From Antedon mediterranea (lineage: Eukaryota > Animalia > Echinodermata): DNA of 64,000 nt. The stretch spans positions 26,796,070 to 26,860,069 of the forward strand of contig NC_092671.1 of NCBI RefSeq assembly GCF_964355755.1, given 5' to 3'. Position 1 is the first letter of the stretch, and every line of letters starts with the position of its first letter. The notes under the pieces were generated by a model. That model saw only the letters and a program-made list of their open reading frames with translations. It had not been told where the DNA came from and did no database searches. Both the position numbers and the translations under genes were made by a program. Below are positions 10,721 to 22,530 of this stretch, piece after piece.

Positions 10721-13700
10721 CTACAAGACTACACAATTTTTCTTCTTTTTCTTTTCTTTAAGTTTATGCGATATTCCGTGACATACAGCTTCTTGGATCA
10801 TATCATTTACCCCCTTTTCCGTCAAAGCTGAACATTCAAAATAGTCCAGAGCACCAACCTTTGATTTCATTTCTTGGCCCTAAAATTAAACGAAAGATTC
10901 ATAAAGTAAAATACGTCATACACGACTGTATTTCAACATTGATGATTGGTCAGATGGTTGCCATACTATGACGTTATTGTACTTAAATTATTCTCAATAC
11001 GCTATATATAAAGTAAAATTACATAATACTACTTCGAAGTAGCCTACAGTAGTTATTAAATTATCATCCTGTTGGTGCAGTTACCTGCTGCATGCTTGCT
11101 CTCTGACACAAATCTACTTCGAAGTAGAATTTGTATCATCATAGTATCGATAATTAAGTTGTTTACATTACAATTTGAAAATAAGATTATTACCTGTTCA
11201 TAAGTAATAAACTTCGTTCCACCGTCTGTCGTTCTGGGATTCCCGTCCTCATCTTCTCTTAAATCCAACTTTGTACCAACTAGAACAAACGGTACATTGC
11301 GACAGTGTTTTTGTATCTCGGGATACCAATGTTTACTTACATTTTCATATGATGTTGGATTTGACAAGTCGAAACAAATGATAAAAACATTCTGTATTGG
11401 AGAAAAACTAATTAAGTAATTGATGGTACAATAAACAATATATGTTTTAGCTTAATACAAAGAATAATAGAAAGAATAATACAACTAATTTAATGATACA
11501 GCAGTCTAGTCCCATCAATCCCATAAACACAAACCCAGTCAAAACTGTTATAGGATTCAAAGCATTCCCGCCGCCCGCACATTACGTCATTATTATTAGA
11601 TTTCGTCCTAAGTACGAAACAATGTATAGACATTATCGGATGCAAAATGTCAGCAACGGAAGATTTGTCATTTTCTATCCATCTCGTTGTACTAGGCCTA
11701 TGTTCTCCACATTGGGATGTATCAAAGATTGGATATTTATGTAATCAAAGATACTTCTTAGTATTGGACCAAAACGACCAAAAAGAAATAGCAAATAGTC
11801 TTCGGAAGAAATGTATAAAAGCCTAAGCATAATGGCACCTTACCGCTTGACAATAATAGCATGAGCGTATCTTATTACAAAAATCTTCCCGCATGCTGCC
11901 ATGCTCCTCAATAGTGTCTTCTACCGGGTTTACCTCCACAGCTACACCGTCCACTGTGATACTAAGACCGTAACCTCCAAACCTTTGCAATAACAATATC
12001 ATTTTGTTTTTAATTCTGTTTTCTATTGTAATTATCTAACTCACTTTAATGTATTTATAATAAAATATTTACAAAGGATATAAGCAATAGGATAGAAATT
12101 ATGAAAAGGAAATTAAAAAGAAGCTAAAAAGATCTTGTAAAAGCTTTATGTCCTACGCTAAAAAAATGCAGAACAAAAATAAACTTACATGATAAAATCT
12201 ACGATTTTGTTAATAAAACATTTAAAAAAAAATTAAACTACAAGCTCATCTTTTTGAAATGTTACAAAATTAAAATGTGTTCACCTCCCTTAGGAAAAAC
12301 ACATAAAACAGTAATATAAAACACATTTGAATAGGCCTAAAGATTCACATGAATCATAAAAAGAAAATCAAAATGGTTGTAACAAATTAAATAAAGTGTC
12401 AAAATCATTGTAAAAAAAGGGCAGACTTAACGCTATTACAGATACCATGATTGACACAATTCACATATTGTTTAAAGAATATGGAGGTATGTACTATTAA
12501 AGACAATAATTATTACAAATAGAAAAGTAATTGCGTTGTATGTTATCAATTAGGGTGTTTTTTACATGTTCTAAATTGCTATTTAATAGATGCGAGTAAA
12601 AAGACCTAGATTTTGAATCACTAATTAATATCTGGTAAAGTAAATTCACTTACATTTAATGTTAGACAACTGGGTAAATTAAAAGAGTAAAGGAGAGGAG
12701 TGTTTCTACAGAATTTAGGTAAACCCAACGCTGCTTTAATTAATTAGGTTATATGCATTCATGCATATAACCTCTTAATTCTGTCAGGATCTTTATTAGG
12801 TTATATGCATTATAATGCATATAACCTCTTGATTCTGTCAGAATATTTATTTATTCTTTCCTTAGCACTATTTTGTCCGTCAATTATCTTGATATCAGTT
12901 TCATCTAGCTAAGTAAATTTTTCAGAGTATATTCCTTATGGCCAGGAATCGATGTGGTTATGTTTTCACAGTGCGCAATCAAACATTACGGGGTCTACGC
13001 GCGATTTAACGAAATCATGTTTGTAATCATATCTTCACAAGCATGAATAACTTTTAAACAAAATTTGGTACTCATAAATTTCAGGTCATATTTCATCATA
13101 TGGCAATACAATTACGTGCGTAGCGCATATAACGCATGCTTACGCGCGCTTAAAATGTTCAAAATTGTCAAAATTTATTTTCGATGAAATTAGAGTACGT
13201 TTCAGGCAATTTTAAGCGTTTAAAAAATTGCCATGAGTGCGCAGATTTTTGCACGCGCGTCAAACGTTAATGCGCATTGTTTTTGTCCGATTACTGTTGA
13301 AAAAACTTTCTTTAATAATATCATCATATTTTATTCACTTTCCGACGCGAAACAGCGTTATACGAGCACGTCAATGGTGAAAATATGCTAAATTTTAAAA
13401 TTAATATATATCGTTAGAATGCTCGGGAACACCTATTTTTTATTTCATTTTCTTGAAGTGTATGTATCATATGTATGATTTATTATGAAATTAAGAGAAC
13501 AAAAGTTGAATAATTCATCATTAATGGCATATTAAATTTTTTTTAATTAATTTCGACAATCAAACAAATTATAACATTTTCTTAGGCCGAAATAACAAAC
13601 TTAACATTAACTTTCTTCCTTCAAAAGTTATATATATTAAAGTTAAAAGTATATAGTTTGACAGTGCATAATTTTTTGAAATTTTTAAAGATTTCATCAT

Positions 13701-14715
13701 TGTTAAAAATTATAATTCATTGCGGTATGTAATAATCTATCTGCGCCAAAGTGGTTACTGCACAGTAAATACACAGAGGAATCTTTCTACAACTGTTCGT
13801 GTCTATGGCGTTCAAGGTACCGGGATCGAGTCTCACCTTGGGAAACGAAACGAAATGCAATTTGTTTTTTATTATCCGTATTGTTTGTTCAGTTTTATTT
13901 CTTAGTGTATAGATTATACACATGATTTATAATGAAATCTAGATAACAAGTAACTTTCGTTTGAAAACGATCAAGTTGAAATGATAATGGTAGCGAGTAC
14001 CTTCTGTAAATCGTTAACATTTCAATGTTTACGTAGAAGATCGCTGATTATTGTTAACGATAGCATCAAATAACGTCGACAGGAAAACAGGCTTTAAATA
14101 CATATCATTGAATATTTTAAGTCTCAACTGGTTGGACTTATCATTGACAAACGCCTAAGTCTCTTCTAAAACATGGATGCAAAGATGTTTAGCGGATCAA
14201 ACTATACTTACTCTGTTGGAACAAAGTCTGAGTCGTCAGGATATTTATGTTTGCATACACGTGTTAGGAGGCAAGTTTTCCCAACAGAACTACCATAAAA
14301 AAGAATACGTATAATATACAACTTCATACGAAACAGAAAATGCCTTGAGGCTTCTTGTTACGTAGGCCTAGATTAGAATTAATTTAATTGTATGGGTAAA
14401 ATCTAATTTTATCGAAACATCACATCATATCTCCATAAAGTGTCTTTTAAGAATTATTTAAAACTGATTTATAATTCGAATACAGTATTAGATATTTTGT
14501 GTTTCATTCACAAAAAATGATCAGGTCTTATTCAAAATATAAACAATCTATATTGAAAAAGACCTAATTTGCGTCGGCAGCAAGTGTAATTAATATATTT
14601 GTAATGTTGTTTGTAACCCACTTAGATACTTAAGTAGTACTTACCTATCACCAATGGTTACACTCTTGATATAAAAAGGCTCCAAGTTCTTACTTACTCG
14701 CGAAATTTTCTCCAT
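10721..14715 (-). CDS. Atypical Rho-family (Rac/Cdc42-like) small GTPase, 214 aa, C-terminal CAAX (CVVL)
   Basis: Five exons: 14715-14645, 14289-14212, 11982-11844, 11391-11194, 10879-10721 (645 nt, ATG to TAG, all GT-AG). Protein: MEKISRVSKNLEPFYIKSVTIGDSSVGKTCLLTRVCKHKYPDDSDFVPTEFGGYGLSITVDGVAVEVNPVEDTIEEHGSMREDFCNKIRSCYYCQANVFIICFDLSNPTSYENVSKHWYPEIQKHCRNVPFVLVGTKLDLREDEDGNPRTTDGGTKFITYEQGQEMKSKVGALDYFECSALTEKGVNDMIQEAVCHGISHKLKEKKKKKNCVVL. It has the P-loop, TKLD (G4), CSAL (G5), the Rho insert and a polybasic tail with CAAX. The first three introns fall at the Rac1-type positions. Confidence 0.9.
12743..13720 (+). mobile_element. Helentron/DINE-1-like non-autonomous element in Rho intron 2 (3' end not found)
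   Basis: 5' palindrome AGGTTATATGCAT..ATGCATATAACCT present twice in tandem, followed by a tttatttattct tract. The body is similar to the 60041-61377 element (e.g. cgttatacgagcacgtcaa vs cgctatacgagcaggttaa). Confidence 0.55.
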
Positions 14716-14954
14716 ATTTTAGTAGATGCCTAGAATGTAGTGTTTATAATCAAATTACTGTCGGGCATTTTATAGTAAGGTATTATCAATAAACGTGATT
14801 GCTATATTTATAACCGGACACCGGACCTGACATTTCCTGGTTCTGGTTGTCAACGCTTGTAATATGTATTAATACAACTGTAGTCAGCAGTGGGATACGA
14901 CAATGGGTAGTAAACGATCCATTCCCTTTGTGCCGCTAGCGGGGCCGCTAGTCT

Positions 14955-15202
14955 CGGGTTGGATAACTATCCCCACCCCAGCACAACTATCCACTAGGCC
15001 ACATTATCTCCTATGTCGGGTTGGATGACTACCCCCACCCCAGCACAACTACCCACTATAGGCCACAATTACCTCCTATGTCGGGTTGGATAACTACACC
15101 CATCCCAGCACAACTACCCACTAGGCCAAAATTACCTCCTATGTAGGGTTGGATAACTATATCTCCACCTCAGGACAACTACTCACTAGGACACAATTAC
15201 CT
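14955..15202. repeat. ~62-65-bp tandem repeat (4 units) just upstream of the Rho ATG
   Basis: Units of GGGTTGGATAACTAC..CCACCCCAGCACAACTACCCACTAGGCCAC.ATTACCTCCTATGT; probably transposon-internal. Confidence 0.8.
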
Positions 15203-16011
15203 TGAGACAGCAACTCCCTTACAACAACAACTAATCTCAGGAAAATTAAATGTTTCTATTAATTTAATTTTTGAAAAATCACACACCTATTCGACATTTC
15301 CTTCATGTTTAGCAGGACACGAATAGGCCTATACTCAAAATAGCAAGATCTACGAACTTTTTTATTGAACTTAGATTGAAATAAGATCATCGATAATCTA
15401 TATATAAATTTACGTAAGGGCAAAATTCGGTAAATCGCGCCTTATTTTTAGAATTTTTTCTCGATGGTATGTAAAGTTGGTTCGTACTTTCGGTACTGAT
15501 TTTAACCACCTGATGTAACCCTGTTTACTAATTAAGTTAAGTTAGATAATTAGTTATTCACGATTAAAACGAATTTAGGTTCAACGATTTGCCCCAGATA
15601 GGGTGTTTTCCGATCGTGTTATAATGTTGTCATAATGTTGAAGACAGGCCGATTTTCTTAAAAATGTATTTTGAAAATCACGGTTTGGGTCAGTGAGTAA
15701 AGCGCCATGGCCATTGAAATTAATGCTTAGTAGGTTCGAGTTCGAATCCGCGATATGTGTAAATAATAAATATCTCCGCTTAAAGCAAAACATCTAAACA
15801 ACAATGTAATTACAAAAGTAGTAAAAAAGATACCAAACCTCACGCAAACAAAAATGCAAAATATGGAGAAAAAAAAACTAAAAAAGCACACATACACAAA
15901 TCAAATGATTCCAACGTCGTGTTTCCAAAAAATATCAGATATAAAAGTTTGTGTCCGAGCGCGTCATCTAATTTCGAGTAGTGAGTTTTTGTGTTGATTT
16001 TAAAGTCCGTT

Positions 16012-17385
16012 TGTCACACAGCCGCAATTACGGCTCTTTCGGACATGTAATATCTGGTAACCACCGGTAAACAACGGTAAATAGCCACAACTGTACACAT
16101 ATAAATGTAAAAAGTAAATTTAATAATAATCTTTGACAAACAATTCTTCCTTCTATAATCCAAACCCCACCTAAAAAAAACCCACAAAAAAAACCCAAGC
16201 AATTCTCAACCAATGATACAGTATCCCTATTCCCACACAATTTATACACTTTCCCAAATTCCCAATCCTTCCAGACAAAATATCATCGACAATCTTCTTA
16301 TTGTCAAATATAAATCCCAGAAACCCCCCTTCCAAATACAATAATATCACAAGATGAATAATACAATAATAAATGTCCACAATATCGTTCCTTCTTGCCT
16401 TTTCTCCTACGCTGACACAAAACAAATTCGAAAGATAAAAGTTAAAACGATTCCGCAACTAAACAACTCCTCTGCTCCCGTTCTGCTTGTATTCCCAATT
16501 ATACTTCTTCTCAACCTGCAACTATCTTCTGACGTATAAATAAATGAAATATAAAGTTAAAAATGTTTCTTTAGGTCTTTCTGCACTGCAATCCGCTCCC
16601 CGATCAATTATTTCTTTCTCCTTTTCCACGTAACATAATATCAGTATCAATAAAGTCAGTCTTCGATACTTTCAACAAAAGCTTTCTTTAAAAGCAATTA
16701 ATTCTGCTATTTCCAACAGTTATTATTCGATTTATTAACTTCATGTATCTCACTTTATTTCATTTCTGCTCCAGCTCTAGATCACCATAATTATTTCCAA
16801 CTCACAATTTATTAACTTCATGTATATCACCTTATTTCGTTTCTGCTTCAGCTCTATATCACCATAATTATTTCCAACTCACAATTTACTAACTTCATGT
16901 ATATCACCTTATTTCCTTTCCGCTTCAGCTCTATATCACCATAATTATTTCCAACTCACAATTTACTAACTTCATGTATATCACCTTATTTCCTTTCCGC
17001 TTCAGCTCTATATCACCATAATTCTTTCCACCCCACCATTTATTAACTTCATATATATCACTTTACTTCCTTTCTGCTTCAACATAACATAACCCTCCTT
17101 CTCTGTCTCCTCTCAATTTTCATCTCCTTCTCAAACTTCCCTCAATTGCACACATACCACCACCTTATTCTTCTCAACCAATCAGCAACTCACACACCAA
17201 CTCAACTCTTACACCTCTCCTCCAATCAGCAACCTCCACACACCCCTTCTCTGCACACACACACTCTGCTCCACTGGCTTCAAACAATAGTTTTCTAAAA
17301 CAAAAGAAAGGTTCAAATAATGAAAACAAAAGGAAAAGTAAGCATGACTTGCACAATAAATACAAAACTTATGTCACTTGTGACA
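16012..17385. mobile_element. Solo LTR (1374 bp) of an LTR retrotransposon
   Basis: Termini TGTCACA...TGTGACA, 5-bp target duplication CCGTT (16007-16011 and 17386-17390), AATAAA at 17355. The empty site aagt-CCGTT-attatt is present in the duplicated copy at 18476. Confidence 0.88.
16730..17080. repeat. 77-bp tandem repeat (~4.5 units) inside the solo LTR
   Basis: ctcacaattt recurs at 16801, 16878 and 16955 (period 77). Confidence 0.9.
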
Positions 17386-17689
17386 CCGTTATTATTATAT
17401 TATATTCGTTAGTAGGCCTATATTATTCCAATACTCACATCTTAATTCATATTTTATCATTAAAATGTTTTAATCTGCCGACTGATTACCGGACGTCACT
17501 TTCTGATGCGCACCCTAGATTAATATTCAACCTGATCAAGTTGGTTATGAATATTTACTAACAACTTAGTTAACCAAGAAGGCAAAACACATTTTTGTAA
17601 ACGTTTAAAATGTCAAAATCCCAAATGCATGTTCAAATTCGAACATAATTTAACTTTAAGGTTCAGATTCATATGATGGATGATGTGTA

Positions 17690-18389
17690 TTTCAGATGCC
17701 CAATTCGTTTAAAGAAAATGTCTTGCCTCAATGTTCACATTGATATGATGCTTGTGTGTATTCGCAAATGTATGTTCAAACTCCCACTTGTTTTAATTTC
17801 TTTCCACAAGGTTCTCTCCCGTGGGTATTCTTAAATGTAATTTGAAACTGCTTGAAAGATGTTTTCCAACGTACTGCTCACATTCCGAAAGTTGTCTTTC
17901 CTGTATGTATTTTTAAATGTATTTCCAAATTGCTATTCTGATTAAATTTCTTCCTGCATGCATTCATTTGTCTCTCCTGTGTGTATTCTCAAATGCAACT
18001 TTTGTATCAATTTCAATGATTACATTCATATATAGTGCCTCTCTTGTGTGTATTCTCAAATGCTTTTCTGGTTAAATTTCTTCTCACAATGTTCACATTC
18101 ATATGGTGACTCTCCTGTATGTATTCGCAAAATGTATTTTCAAATTCCAACTTGTTTGAAATGTATTCCTACAATGTTCACATTCATATGGTATCTCTCC
18201 TGTGTGTATTCTCAAATGTCCTTTCAAATGGCCTTCTCTTTAAATTTCTTCCCACAATGTTCTATTCATTTATGGTGTCTCTCTAGTGTGTAATCTCAAA
18301 TGCATTTTCAAATTCCCATTTGTTTGAAATCTATTTCCACAATGTTTAGTGTCAATTCTCACTAAATGTGTTTCGTCTTCACATAATAT
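17690..18389 (-). pseudogene. Decayed C2H2 zinc-finger copy A
   Basis: Reverse-strand remnants of CEHC..F..L..H...HT(G/R)E.PY repeats matching 19925-20767, with frameshifts and deletions. Confidence 0.8.
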
Positions 18390-18779
18390 ATTTCAATCTA
18401 AGTTCAATAATAAAAGTTTGTGTCCGAGCGCGTCATCTAATTTCGAGTAGTGAGTTTTTGTGTTGATTTTAAAGTCCGTTATTATTATATTATATTCGTT
18501 AGTAGGCCTATATTATTCCAATACTCACATCTTAATTCATATTTTATCATTAAAATGTTTTAATCTGCCGACTGATTACCGGACGTCACTTTCTGATGCG
18601 CACCCTAGATTAATATTCAACCTGATCAAGTTGGTTATGAATATTTACTAACAACTTAGTTAACCAAGAAGGCAAAACACATTTTTGTAAACGTTTAAAA
18701 TGTCAAAATCCCAAATGCATGTTCAAATTCGAACATAATTTAACTTTAAGGTTCAGATTCATATGATGGATGATGTGTA

Positions 18780-19616
18780 TTTCAGATGCCCAATTCGTTT
18801 AAAGAAAATGTCTTGCCTCAATGTTCACATTGATATGATGCTTGTGTGTATTCGCAAATGTATGTTCAAACTCCCACTTGTTTTAATTTCTTTCCACAAG
18901 GTTCTCTCCCGTGGGTATTCTTAAATGTAATTTGAAACTGCTTGAAAGATGTTTTCCAACGTACTGCTCACATTCCGAAAGTTGTCTTTCCTGTATGTAT
19001 TTTTAAATGTATTTCCAAATTGCTATTCTGATTAAATTTCTTCCTGCATGCATTCATTTGTCTCTCCTGTGTGTATTCTCAAATGCAACTTTTGTATCAA
19101 TTTCAATGATTACATTCATATATAGTGCCTCTCTTGTGTGTATTCTCAAATGCTTTTCTGGTTAAATTTCTTCTCACAATGTTCACATTCATATGGTGAC
19201 TCTCCTGTATGTATTCGCAAAATGTATTTTCAAATTCCAACTTGTTTGAAATGTATTCCTACAATGTTCACATTCATATGGTATCTCTCCTGTGTGTATT
19301 CTCAAATGTCCTTTCAAATGGCCTTCTCTTTAAATTTCTTCCCACAATGTTCTATTCATTTATGGTGTCTCTCTAGTGTGTAATCTCAAATGCATTTTCA
19401 AATTCCCATTTGTTTGAAATCTATTTCCACAATGTTTAGTGTCAATTCTCACTAAATGTGTTTCGTCTTCACATAATATTGTCTCCTGGTAGTCCTAACT
19501 CTGTTATTGTATGTATACCTAAATGCAGCTTCAAGCACTCAACCAACAAAATGTTTATCCTATCTTTTGCAGGCGGTGTATATTTTTACTGCAGTTTTGA
19601 AACTTCTATTTATAGC
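18780..19616 (-). pseudogene. Decayed C2H2 zinc-finger copy B, including upstream non-coding sequence
   Basis: Identical to copy A. It continues with sequence matching the N-terminal coding part and the 5' flank (20841-20929) of the intact gene, with an internal deletion. Confidence 0.8.
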
Positions 19617-19924
19617 AAACAATTATTTTGTAGATAAGCCACTTTGTCAAAGTATATATAATTACTGTAGAACAAATAGTATAGTAATATAATAAACAAT
19701 TAAACTTAACTACCAAATACCACAGTAACTAACTGGAGATTAGGCCTAACTTTGTGCAAACAGCAATAGGAAGACTTACGTTTTTAAAGAGGATGCATGT
19801 TGAACATTAAATACAAACATGACGCAGGATATGAAGATATAAGAGTACGTCAGAAGACGTTCGATAGAATCACTAAACTGAACGTCTCCATCTGATTATT
19901 ACAGCTAAATAAGCATGTGTATTC

Positions 19925-20767
19925 TTACATGTTTTCGCAACTTCTCACGTTTCGCAACTTCTCAAGTTCATATGGCGTCTCTCTTGTGTGTATTCTCAAA
20001 TGCTTTTTCAAATTGCTTTTCTGGTTAAATTTCTTTCCACAATGTTCACATTCATATGGTGACTCTCCTGTGTGTATTCGCAAATGAGTTTTCAAATTCC
20101 AACTTGTTTGAAATGTATTCCAACAATGTTCACATTCATATGGCCCTGCCTCACCAGTGTGTAATCTCAAATGTGTTTTCAATTGCCCATTGTGTTTAAA
20201 TTTCTTCCCACAATGTTTACATTCATATGGTGTCTCTCCTGTGTGTAATCTCAAATGCACTTTCAAATTCCCATTTGTTTGAAATCTCTTTCCACAATGT
20301 TTACATTCATACGGCGTTTCTCCTGTGTGTATTCTCAAATGCCTTTTCAAACAAACACTTACATTAAATTTCTTCCCACAGTGTTCACATTCATATGGTG
20401 TCTCTCCAGTGTGTAATCTCAAATGTATTTTCAAATTCCAATTTGTTTGAAATCTCTTTCCACAATGTTCACATTCATACGGCCTTTCTCCTGTGTGTGT
20501 TCTCAAATGCCTGTTCAAACTACCACTTTCTTTAAATTTCTTCCCACAATGTTCACATTCTTGCGGTGCCTCTGCTTTCTTTCCATTGTGCTCACGTGCA
20601 TATGGTGTCTCTCCAGTGTCTTTTCTCACTAAATGTGTCTCGTCTTCACATAATATGGTCTCCTGGTAGTCCTCATATTTTAACTCTGTTCTTGTATGTA
20701 TACCTAAATGCAGCTTCAAATCACAGAACTCAAATTTATCTCCACAATGTTCACATTTATATTTCAT
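19925..20767 (-). CDS. C2H2 (Kruppel-type) tandem zinc-finger protein, 280 aa, 7 canonical fingers plus 1 degenerate
   Basis: Uninterrupted ORF with CxxC-x12-HxxxH fingers and TGE(R/T/S)PY linkers. There is an in-frame stop 27 nt upstream of the ATG, and a splice-acceptor-like site (tcttttttgttacag) just above 20929 suggests a 5' UTR exon boundary. Confidence 0.8.
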   Translation of the reverse strand: MKYKCEHCGDKFEFCDLKLHLGIHTRTELKYEDYQETILCEDETHLVRKDTGETPYAREHNGKKAEAPQECEHCGKKFKESGSLNRHLRTHTGERPYECEHCGKRFQTNWNLKIHLRLHTGETPYECEHCGKKFNVSVCLKRHLRIHTGETPYECKHCGKRFQTNGNLKVHLRLHTGETPYECKHCGKKFKHNGQLKTHLRLHTGEAGPYECEHCWNTFQTSWNLKTHLRIHTGESPYECEHCGKKFNQKSNLKKHLRIHTRETPYELEKLRNVRSCENM

Positions 20768-21229
20768 GATGTTGGTGTTTTGTTTACAATATCACAAAAC
20801 GTGTACAGATGTTTATTGTTGTGCGTAAAAACAAACACAGTTCAAGCACTCAACCAACAAAATGTTTATCCTATCTTTTGCAGGTGGTGTATATTTTTAC
20901 TGCAGTTTTGAAACTTTTATATTTATAGCTGTAACAAAAAGAATCCTATTGGGTCCGCAAAAGGTGATTCACATTGCGGACGTGAGCGAGCTTTCCCTTG
21001 TGTCAGATATTTCGCGGCTTCAAGAACCTTCTCTATACCTTATTATAAATTATATAAACAGGGACTATTTGATATACTTGTGAGGTCCAGGTACGAAACG
21101 CGTTTGTTTTATTATTATTATTTATGATATATGCACTGATAGTGATGTTTGCCGTAACAACGAATGATGTTTGCAAACATTCTGTCATTAAACTTAGGTT
21201 TGATATAAACTATTTAAAATATTGCAAAA

Positions 21230-22530
21230 CGTTCGACGTGTTTCCGAAATAGATAATATCATTTTGTTTTTTTATTATTATATCATTATATTCGTTGGCA
21301 ATAACATTTCAGGTTTATTCATGAAAATATAATAGCAATTAATTTGTTAAAGAACATTTAAATTATATACGATTTCAAAGTACCATTTCAAAAACAGAAC
21401 AGTCTTTATCGGAAATAAATGTCCTTTGATTTTGTGACGTATTCTCTAATTCCAGATTCATCATACGATGAAGAAATGTGTTTCAAATCCCCAGTTTGTG
21501 TTTCCACAATTTTTCAGCAAGAATGGATATTTAAATAAGAGAGTGTGTATAGTTGAATAGCCAACGACGAAATAATTATTATGATGAAATGATAATATAT
21601 AGATAGCATCCTCACATTTTCTCACAAACAACAATTATTAAACTATTGAATTTAACCAAAACCCATTGTCTGACAAACAATTTGACTATTTTTTTTGCTT
21701 TAAATTACAATTATTTTTAAACCAGATAAATAATGGTGTTTTTTTTTAAATTTTTGGTTAAGGACTTAATAAATTAAATGTAATAAACTATTATGTGACA
21801 TATTAATATACAAATAATGAATGTTTATGAGTGTAATGGTACAAATAATGGCATGAGATGAATGATGAAAGGTTATTTCAACGAGGCAACTCCGAGTTGA
21901 TATAACCTTTCATCATTCACCAAATCGTTTTTTTAAACTACTCGCATAAAAAAAGGTGCACATTAAATCAAATTATGTTTTAAAATTACAAATCACAAAT
22001 TATAACTCTAGCCTATTGTACAAAAATGAAGTTTTTTGGACAAGTATTTCTCGAAAAAATGCAATTTCAGTTTACTTGTTATTTTAAGACTGCTTGCCGG
22101 CTTTTGAAAAATTCTATCCTATCTTTTAGCATCCAGCTCGTTAAATGTACTTCTTTATTGGGTTATTATAAACCTTACATCGCCATGATGTATCTCACCA
22201 CCTCCCTCTTCAACCCACGAGGTTCTTTTCTATGAATGTCCTCTAGCGTGACCCTAACTTTCGGGGTTACACTACACTAGCCTCTTCCCTATACATTATG
22301 ATTCCAAATCTATTAACAGTCTCTGACATTTTTCCTCCAGTTCAATAAACAGAATAATCTTCATTGGAAATGAAATGTGTTTTGATCTTGAGTTTGTTTA
22401 GATGTCTTCCCACAATGTGTAGGCCCTACATTCATATTGTGTCTACTCTGTGTTCATTTAATTCGTTTAAAAATCTTGCCTCAATGTGCACATTGATACC
22501 GTGCTTCTTCTTTGTGTAATCGCAACACAT
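21230..22530 (-). pseudogene. Older, fragmented copy of the zinc-finger locus (3' flank and finger remnants)
   Basis: Diverged matches to copy A: 21236 ~ 15913 (cgtgtttcc), 21274 ~ 17390 (tattattata..ttatattcgtt), 21453 ~ 17664 (cagattcat), 22460-22525 ~ 17702-17770 (aattcgtttaaa..tcttgcctcaatgt.cacattgata). Confidence 0.55.
21807..21923 (+). mobile_element. 3'-truncated copy of the 1951-2264 element family
   Basis: TATACAAATAATGAATGTTTATGAGTG...GATATAACCTTTCATCATTCACCAA, closely matching 1951-2066. Confidence 0.85.

Larger units (their letters stand above)
15941..19479. repeat. Recent tandem segmental duplication of a 1070-bp unit (copy A 15941-16011 + 17391-18389; copy B 18410-19479)
   Basis: Copies appear identical by eye at offset 1090 beyond the LTR; the ORF pair 18048/19138 is identical; 20-bp spacer at the junction. 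Confidence 0.92.

Noticed and set aside
13740-13850. Possible tRNA-derived SINE head
   Set aside because: Only weak A- and B-box resemblance, with no body or tail recognised.
14290-14326. Alternative in-frame ATG at 14326 giving an N-terminus MKLYIIRILFYGSSVGKT
   Set aside because: This is the polypyrimidine tract of intron 1; the upstream exon 14715-14645 restores a proper GxxxxGKT P-loop at the conserved intron position.
16014-16539. Short ORFs inside the solo LTR, including a KCINC..H motif on the minus strand
   Set aside because: Fragmentary, not a valid CCHC knuckle, and no gag/pol motifs.
20915-20930. TATA-like TATAAATA upstream of the zinc-finger ORF
   Set aside because: It directly follows a strong splice-acceptor-like sequence and the DNA is very AT-rich, so it cannot be called a promoter.
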